A DNA stretch of 64,000 bases from Eledone cirrhosa (taxonomy: Eukaryota). The notes under the pieces are model-generated. The model had not been told where the DNA came from. It was given only the letters and a program-made list of their open reading frames with translations, and did no database searches. Positions within the stretch are counted from its first letter, which is position 1. Each line of letters begins with the position of its first letter. Positions 56,468-64,000 of this stretch are shown piece after piece. The stretch covers positions 2,790,001 to 2,854,000 of the forward strand of contig OZ024754.1 of NCBI GenBank assembly GCA_964016885.1, in the 5' to 3' direction. The position numbers and the translations under genes are program-made.

Positions 56468-56738
56468 TAGTCTACGACTTCAGTTATACAATTTACGTGG
56501 TTTTGTCTTTGCGTGCAATTGTTCTCCCCGCTCCACATATGACGTATTATCTTCGTTTTTTCCGTTCATTGCCAGAGAACGTCTCTATGAACCACCTAAG
56601 AGAACATTAGTCTACGAGTTCTTTTATACCATAAACGTGGTTCTGTCTTTACGTGTAATTGTTTTTCACCACTCCTATTAATGACGTATTATATTCGTCT
56701 TTTCCCGTTCTTTACCAGGGAACGTTTCCACGAACCAA
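56468..56738. repeat. Diverged 140-bp tandem duplication
   Basis: tagtctacga..acgtggtt..atgacgtattat..gaacgt..gaacca starting at 56468 and 56608. Confidence 0.8.
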
Positions 56739-56815
56739 AGTATCGTCTTCTTGTCTTCCTCCGGTTGCAACGTTTTTTGAAATATTCACTTCTGCGTTTA
56801 CAGATTGACTTTGTT

Positions 56816-56866
56816 AGTTTCAGAAGATCCCGTTAAGGGTGAAAGCAGCGATTCTTTGCTTAAACT
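56816..56866 (+). ncRNA. Hammerhead-like fold with variant core CAGAAGA (family F)
   Basis: AGTTT-CAGAAGA-tccc-gttaa-gggt-GAAA-GCA-gcgattctt-TGC-TT^-AAACT. Confidence 0.6.
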
Positions 56867-56882
56867 TTAATCTGTTATTTTA

Positions 56883-56956
<74 letters not shown>

Positions 56957-56987
56957 ATATTTATATATATATCTATCTATCTATCTA

Positions 56988-57118
56988 AGGCGGGTAAAAT
57001 TCCCGAGATCCATGGACGAGTTCTCTCCAGCGGTCTCTGTCCCTCATTATCGCTGCCATGTCCTGCATCTCCAACAGACCAGTGTCTGTCCTTAGGGCAT
57101 CAACATACGTATACAGCC
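56988..57118 (-). mobile_element. RTE-clade LINE 3' terminal fragment
   Basis: [32 protein letters not shown] fits the RTE C-terminal M.DR..WR motif; the stop runs into (GATA)n. Confidence 0.65.
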
Positions 57119-57122
57119 ACAC

Positions 57123-57210
<88 letters not shown>

Positions 57211-57247
57211 GTATATTTATATATATATACATATATATATATATATT

Positions 57248-57286
<39 letters not shown>

Positions 57287-57315
57287 TTATATATATATAC
57301 ATATATATGTATATT

Positions 57316-57388
<73 letters not shown>

Positions 57389-57448
57389 GTGTGGCTGTAC
57401 GTGTGCAGTTGTGATTGTGTGAACTGTACAATATATGTTTATGCAGTG

Positions 57449-57648
57449 NNNNNNNNNNNNNNNNNNNNNNNNNNNNNNNNNNNNNNNNNNNNNNNNNNNN
57501 NNNNNNNNNNNNNNNNNNNNNNNNNNNNNNNNNNNNNNNNNNNNNNNNNNNNNNNNNNNNNNNNNNNNNNNNNNNNNNNNNNNNNNNNNNNNNNNNNNNN
57601 NNNNNNNNNNNNNNNNNNNNNNNNNNNNNNNNNNNNNNNNNNNNNNNN
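57449..57648. other. Assembly gap, 200 N
   Basis: Run of N of round length; flanks may not be contiguous. Confidence 0.99.
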
Positions 57649-57824
57649 TTACAAGACTTTATAATGCAGCATTGGTAATGGTTCGATCATTTGGAATAGT
57701 TGAATGGACTGTTAAGTAAATATCAAATATTGACCTAACAACCAACCAAAATTGTAGCTACAATTGTATATTTCAAAAACCAGCATTGATATTATAAGCA
57801 AATTCAACTTTAAAGATATATATA

Positions 57825-58467
57825 AAATTAACATATATTTTATATATATATTACATCGTATCAACGAGACATTTTTAAACACACTATTAATATACTATAA
57901 CTATAGATGAAATATTAACATATATTTTATATATATTACAGCGTATCAACGAGACATTTTTAAACATGCTATTAATATACTATAACTATAGATGAAATAT
58001 TAACATATATTTTATATATATTACAGCGTATCAACGAGACATTTTTAAACATGCTATTAATATACTAAAATTATAGATGAAATATTAAATATATTTTATA
58101 TATATATATTACATCGTATCAACGAGATATTGTTAAAACACACTATTAATATACTAAAATTATAGATGAAATATTAACATATATTTTATATATATATATA
58201 TTATATCGTATCAACGAGATATTGTTAAAACACACTATTAATATACTAAAATTATAGATGAAATATTAACATATATTTTATATATATATATATATATATT
58301 ATATCGTATCAACGAGATATTGTTAAAACACACTATTAATATACTAAAATTATAGATGAAATATTAACATATATTTTATATATATATATATATATATATT
58401 ATATCGTATCAACGAGATATTGTTAAAACACACTATTAATATACTAAAATTATAGATGAAATATTAA
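57825..58467. repeat. AT-rich minisatellite, ~7 units of 85-100 bp
   Basis: cgtatcaacgaga at 57857, 57942, 58027, 58115, 58207, 58305 and 58405. Confidence 0.92.
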
Positions 58468-58658
58468 AACAACAGAAATATGTTGGTTAGATATGACACA
58501 AACTGCTGCTATAGTTAACTGGACAAATAAATCTCGAATGAGAGACATCAATTGAAATAAATATCAGTAATATTCCAATCTTTGGTAAATGGTTCGTCAA
58601 AGAGTTACAATTCTAAAGAAATTAGTGGTTTTTATTATAGATAGATGATATGTTAGAG

Positions 58659-59020
58659 CAGGGTTTCCTAAACTGGCTGACATCGCCCTCTGGCGGGTGA
58701 TTTCAACTGTTAGGTGGGCGATGAATAACTGAACTGAAAATGGTGGGCGAAACATTGGAAATTTTGGTAGGCGATATAGGGTTTTGAATATTAGGAAGGT
58801 ATTTCAACATATGCTACCTGAAAACATTTATTCCAAGGAGATATGCAAAGAACCTGTATAAATGAAACTGAAAGCTAAATGGCAATAAAGGACCAATAAC
58901 CAAATTTTACCAAACCGTTTTGCTATGTTTTACAATATTTACTATACAGGTGGGTGGTAGAAGGTTTTTTCCACGTTAAAGTGGGTGTTGATGCCCCAAA
59001 AAAGGGTTAGGGAACCCCTT
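58659..59020. mobile_element. hAT/Charlie-like MITE
   Basis: Left cagggtttcctaaac, right ggttagggaacccct; left flank tgttagag resembles a Charlie-type target. Confidence 0.55.
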
Positions 59021-59414
59021 AGGGCGTCGGATTAAATACCTCCAAGATCAACTTTTCTTATCATCTTTTCGGGGTCGATAAATAAAGAAGCAATATCGGA
59101 AGCTGTGAATTGACGGATACGTTAAAGAATCGGACGAGATGGTTGTGTGTGGTTTCTGAGACCCAATCCCGCCCCTTATCACCTGAAAAATTAGTGACGT
59201 TTCTGCAAGGAGTTTACGACCAACAGATAGATTACTCTTTCTGCAAAAGGCTGACCTCGAGTGGGAAGTATTTAGCCTGAAATATCGATCATCATCATGA
59301 ACATTGTCAAATATCAAATGAAATATATTCTTATTTCAAACTCTATTGAAATCGGAAATAACGATTAGAAAAAATATGTCGCAACCCCAAGATATTTTTC
59401 TTAATCAAACCTTA

Positions 59415-59598
59415 ATAATTGTTTCTACTTTTGGCACAAGGCCAGCAATTATCCCAGTGTATTACTGGTACTTTATTTTATTGACCTCGTAAGGATGAAA
59501 GGCAAAGTTAACCTCATCGGGATTTGAACTCAGACCATAAAGAGCCGTAACTCTTTGCTGCAAAGTATGGCGTCCGACCTTCTACCGATACTGCCAAA
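59415..59598 (-). mobile_element. SINE family 1
   Basis: Reverse full copy. Confidence 0.85.
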
Positions 59599-60285
59599 TA
59601 TTCTTCCGCAATTTCCTCCCTGCTATACTTTTTTTAAATATTTACCTAAAAAGTATTAACCTTAATTGCATTAATGTGGACTAGTTATGCCCATGTCCCA
59701 TTCTAGAAAATCTAAAATACCTTACTGAAATTGCTTTACTAACAAAGAAAATAGTTTAAAGTACACACCATAGAGCTTAGAGTTGTTTTACTCTCATGAA
59801 TATTATAATATCATTTGTCAATGATAAAAATGGTGGAAGATTACTACGAAAATTACTTATTTTGCCTCATTTAAATATCTCATTGTTTGAGAATGTTTCA
59901 GGTCACACAATAACAACAATACAATTGGAGCATGAGAACGCCCAAAACATTTCTTAAAAGGTCTATTTCTGTTCCAGGGAGACTGTGAAACATTTTACGA
60001 AGCTTTGATATCTGGTTGAACCGGTACCACTTTTGTATGAATATATCTAAAAAGAATATGTTACTTAAGTAAAGAACTGGTTCTTGTTGTTAATTGAAAA
60101 TTAATTATTTTTTTGTGATGCATTGCATAATTTTACTGACTGACTGGTGAGGTGGCAGTGTGTACGTTAAGAAAGGAACGGTGCTGGATATATTGCTAAA
60201 ACAATTCTCGTTAGATCAGTGCTTATAGCTGAAAATATAACAGGCTTTGGCTGCAACTAGGGTGACATACAACAAAGGTTGAAGA

Positions 60286-60370
<85 letters not shown>

Positions 60371-60432
60371 CTCACACATACACACACACGCGACAACACA
60401 CAGACACACACGTGTGTGTGTGTAAGAGTGTA

Positions 60433-60760
60433 TGTGTTGAACAATGAAAATCAAACAAAATTCGAAGATAGATTCCTAATTAGTTCATTATTTTACGATC
60501 GTTTCAGAGGGTTGATTGATAATTGTTTCTACGTTTGGCACAAGGCCAGCAATTATCCAGTGCATTACTGGTACTTTATTTTATCGACTCCGTAAGGATG
60601 AAAGGCAAAGTTAACCACGGCGGGATTTAAACTCAGAGGGTTGATTGATAATGTTAGTCAATATATCGATTTACCATGATTTACCATGAAACGATTGTAA
60701 AACAATGAACTAATCAAGAACCGATCTTCGTCAATTATTTTATTTTCATTTTTCAATACA
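60433..60760. repeat. Diverged foldback (~73-bp arms) interrupted by a SINE
   Basis: Arms ~60433-60506 and 60687-60760, both ending at tGAAACGAT(C/T)GTAAAA. Confidence 0.8.
60520..60637 (-). mobile_element. 5'-truncated SINE family 1 with target-site duplication
   Basis: tcagagggttgattgataat at 60504-60523 and 60633-60652. Confidence 0.85.
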
Positions 60761-60906
60761 CATATATATATATGTGTCTATATAGCTTGACTACAATATT
60801 GGGGGAACCTTATGTGATGAGGGCCTAGTAGAAATATTATAGCACTCACTGGCAAATCCCGTTGAAACTATCTCGTCAAGGTTGCATTGGGTACCTACAT
60901 ATATAT

Positions 60907-60940
<34 letters not shown>

Positions 60941-60941
<1 letters not shown>

Positions 60942-61022
60942 ACAAAGAAGGTGTGGTAAGGTGGTAAGATGGACCATAACGCACCAGAGTACTCGATACA
61001 TAGGGTAGTAGAGTGGGTAATA
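60941..61022 (-). mobile_element. Family G tail only, in (TA)n
   Basis: ggaccataacgcaccagagtactcgatacatagggtagtagagtgggtaa. Confidence 0.8.
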
Positions 61023-61091
61023 TATATGTATATATATATATATAAATATATATATATATGGGGGGGTATGTATGTATGTATATATATAAAA

Positions 61092-61297
<206 letters not shown>

Positions 61298-61610
61298 TAT
61301 GTGTGTATGCGTGTGAGTGCGTATGAAATGTTGATGACGAACAAGAGAGAATGTACACAATACACGGTGTCGAATATAATGATATTTATTCTGCAGATGT
61401 CTTCTGCAGTCAAACATCACTAATATTGAATCAATCAAATAGAACTGTTTGTCAATAATGAAAGACATGTCAGTTTAGAATGAAAAATGATGTTTTGCCT
61501 TAGAAACAAACATGGCTGACAGTTGCAGTAGTTTTGAAACTTGAATTTACAGCAGAAAACAGACACACACATACATACAGAAATATAGAAGTGTACATAA
61601 TGTGTGTGTG

Positions 61611-61662
<52 letters not shown>

Positions 61663-61685
61663 GTGAGTGTGTGTGTGTGTGTATG

Positions 61686-61737
<52 letters not shown>

Positions 61738-61751
61738 TGTATATATGTGTG

Positions 61752-61789
<38 letters not shown>

Positions 61790-61795
<6 letters not shown>

Positions 61796-61885
61796 GTCTC
61801 AAAAAATGTGTACACACTTCAAAACATTCTAATAAATATTGCCTGTACAGTTAATCACAGTGTATACACTTTTTTGGACACCCTG
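61790..61885. mobile_element. Complete ~100-bp Tc1/mariner-type MITE in (TA)n
   Basis: agggtgtctcaaaaaatgtgtacac / gtgtatacactttttggacaccctg-ta. Confidence 0.8.
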
Positions 61886-61899
61886 TATATATATATATA

Positions 61900-61959
<60 letters not shown>

Positions 61960-62049
61960 TGTGTATAACATTTATTTATTTATTTCATTGGTCACATTTG
62001 ATGATCGTTTTCTTTTCTTTCTTTTGTTTCCCTTTTTAGTATATTATTC

Positions 62050-62274
62050 TACAAGGGTCAGGTGAAAAGTTCATTGGCCGACTATAAAGGAGGGATGCTA
62101 GAGCTGTGAAATCTGGTATGCATTGATTTCAACTCTTCTTATTAATAACTGCATTGTTTTTTTTTCAAGGACTATGTTGAAAAATAAACCTCATTTGGTC
62201 ATTCCATGAGAGTATCTTGGTCATTGGTCTGCCTATGAATTCTTCAGCCTGTGAACATTTCAGCCGACCCGCAC
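62050..62274. mobile_element. Mariner-like MITE
   Basis: Left ta-caagggtcaggtgaaaagttcattggc, right gcctgtgaacatttcagccgaccc; similar solo end at 63811-63834. Confidence 0.55.
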
Positions 62275-63024
62275 ATTGTAAGTGTTTCGAGAAGGTCCTC
62301 TGTATAAAGATAACTTCTTCCCTCTTCTCTTTTCCCACATGATTAGGGAGTCCCTATAAGAAGTCATGGGTGATGACCTTTTCCTTCTGAATTAAGCCAT
62401 TAAATAGGATGACTTTAAATATGTATAACCGATAACGGAAACAACATATCAGAGCAGGAATATAGTGGAAGCTCATGTGTATTATATTACAGTATAATGA
62501 CATGTTATTGCTAACATTAATCTCAGTGAAAGCTAAGATATCAATGTATGATATGTGAAAAGACATAACACATATCACTGATAACGAATCACTAATTAAT
62601 TACAGCAATAATTTCTAATTAGCTCTGGTTTCTATGGAGTAGTCATGATTCACAATTAAATCATAAATTACTCTTAATAACAGAGTAAACACGAGAATCA
62701 GTATTTGCCTAATCGCTGGAAATGAAACCGATATCTTAAACAAATATCCCCAATAATTTATTCATATTAGTTGCTTCTAACTCACCACACAATAACCTGT
62801 GGTGTATTAGCATGAGCTCACGGCGGCGTTCACCATATCGAATTTATAACACTGTAATTTGACATCATTCTAAAGTCTAAATTTGTGGCTATATTTGATA
62901 TACGAGAATATCATCGCTATGATAAACTTAGATATTATATCATTGTTGTTCAGCATTCAAGTATCAGTTATATGATATTACAGTATCATATAATAGTATT
63001 ACAATAGTATTATATTGATATTAT

Positions 63025-63700
63025 ATTGTCGTTATGTAACTGTGTTTCTAAGTAAGTCTTAAGTATGGTATGATACTGTGCTGTGTCACAACCATGTATG
63101 TTACACCAATAGTGTATCAGATGTATAATACAGTCACAACCATGTTACACCAATAGTGTATCAGATGTGTAATACAGTCACAACCTTGTTACACCAATAG
63201 TGTATCAGATGTGTAATACAATCACAACCATGTTACACCAATAGTGTATCAGATGTGTAATACAGTCACAACCTTGTTACACCAATAGTGTATCAGATGT
63301 GTAATACAGTCACAACCTTGTTACACCAATAGTGTATCAGATGTGTAATACAATCACAACCATGTTACACCAATAGTGTATCAGATGTGTAATACAGTCA
63401 CAACCTTGTTACACCAATAGTGTATCAGATGTGTAATACAATCACAACCATGTTACACCAATAATGTATCAGCTGTGTAATACAGTCACAACCTTGTTAC
63501 ACCAATAGTGTATCAGCTGTGTAATACAGTCACAACCATGCTACATTGTCGTTATGTAACCGTGTTTCTAAGTAAGTTTCAAGTACGGTATGATACTCTG
63601 CTGTGTCACAACCATGTTACATTGATAGTGTATCAGATGTGTAATACAGTCAGAATCATGTTACATAGATAGTGTGACAACCGTGATACATAACACTGTG
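63025..63700. repeat. 44-bp minisatellite (ACAACCATGTTACACCAATAGTGTATCAGATGTGTAATACAGTC)n with a duplicated ~65-bp leader
   Basis: About 10 units in 63088-63540; the leader attgtcgttatgtaac..gctgtgtc recurs at ~63025 and ~63545. Confidence 0.92.
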
Positions 63701-64000
63701 GTGTTATCGATCTGTCAGGTAATACTCTGGTAATTTTGATCAGTTTTGTAACACCATAGTATCATCAATGAAATTGTCGTATATCGATCTGTCATATAAT
63801 ACTGAGAGTCCAAACTTTACAGCCAACCCTCGTATTGCAAGTGTTAGGACCAGGTCCTCCGTCTAAGGGTAGCTTCTTCCCTCTTCCCACCAGATCAAGT
63901 GTTCGTTATAATGTTTCTAGATGAAATATTTAAATAAGATGAGCTACACAGTGTGGTATAGTGTAAAGTATTGTGTTCAGAAACATAACGCCATTGTCTC

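Noticed and set aside
57825-58467. Repeat array with variable inserts as a CRISPR
   Set aside because: The variable part is only (TA)n length.
60810-60850. GTGATGA-gggcctagta-GAAA-tatta-ta
   Set aside because: C3 is missing and there is no stem II; could be chance.
63088-63540. 44-bp array as a CRISPR
   Set aside because: Units are contiguous with no unique spacers, there are no cas genes, and the context is eukaryotic.

Overview
Eukaryotic, AT-rich, microsatellite-saturated non-coding DNA. The SINE families and repeat density resemble an octopus genome (inference). It contains a 200-N scaffold gap and no confidently identifiable host gene; almost all listed ORFs are translations of microsatellites. 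The main signal is a dense set of short elements embedded in (TA)n tracts that carry type I hammerhead-ribozyme (HHR) folds from several sequence families. About seven copies have a complete CUGANGA/GAAA/UH core with paired stems (2112, 10855, 10995, 12555, 32365, 39330, 39604, 53241). Others are variant, degenerate or half copies, and many are folded back into palindromes whose junctions often fall in HHR stem II. A decayed Penelope-like RT/linker fragment (37.8-38.06 kb) suggests these are Penelope-like pLTR derivatives or retrozyme-like non-autonomous elements. Also present: many tRNA-derived SINE copies (three fused behind a LINE-like 3' tail), an RLE-type non-LTR fragment in (TACA)n, an RTE 3' end, Tc1/mariner and hAT MITEs, several minisatellites, an interstitial (CCCTAA)n tract and a 206-bp-arm hairpin. 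All folds and alignments were done by eye; none was computed or tested.
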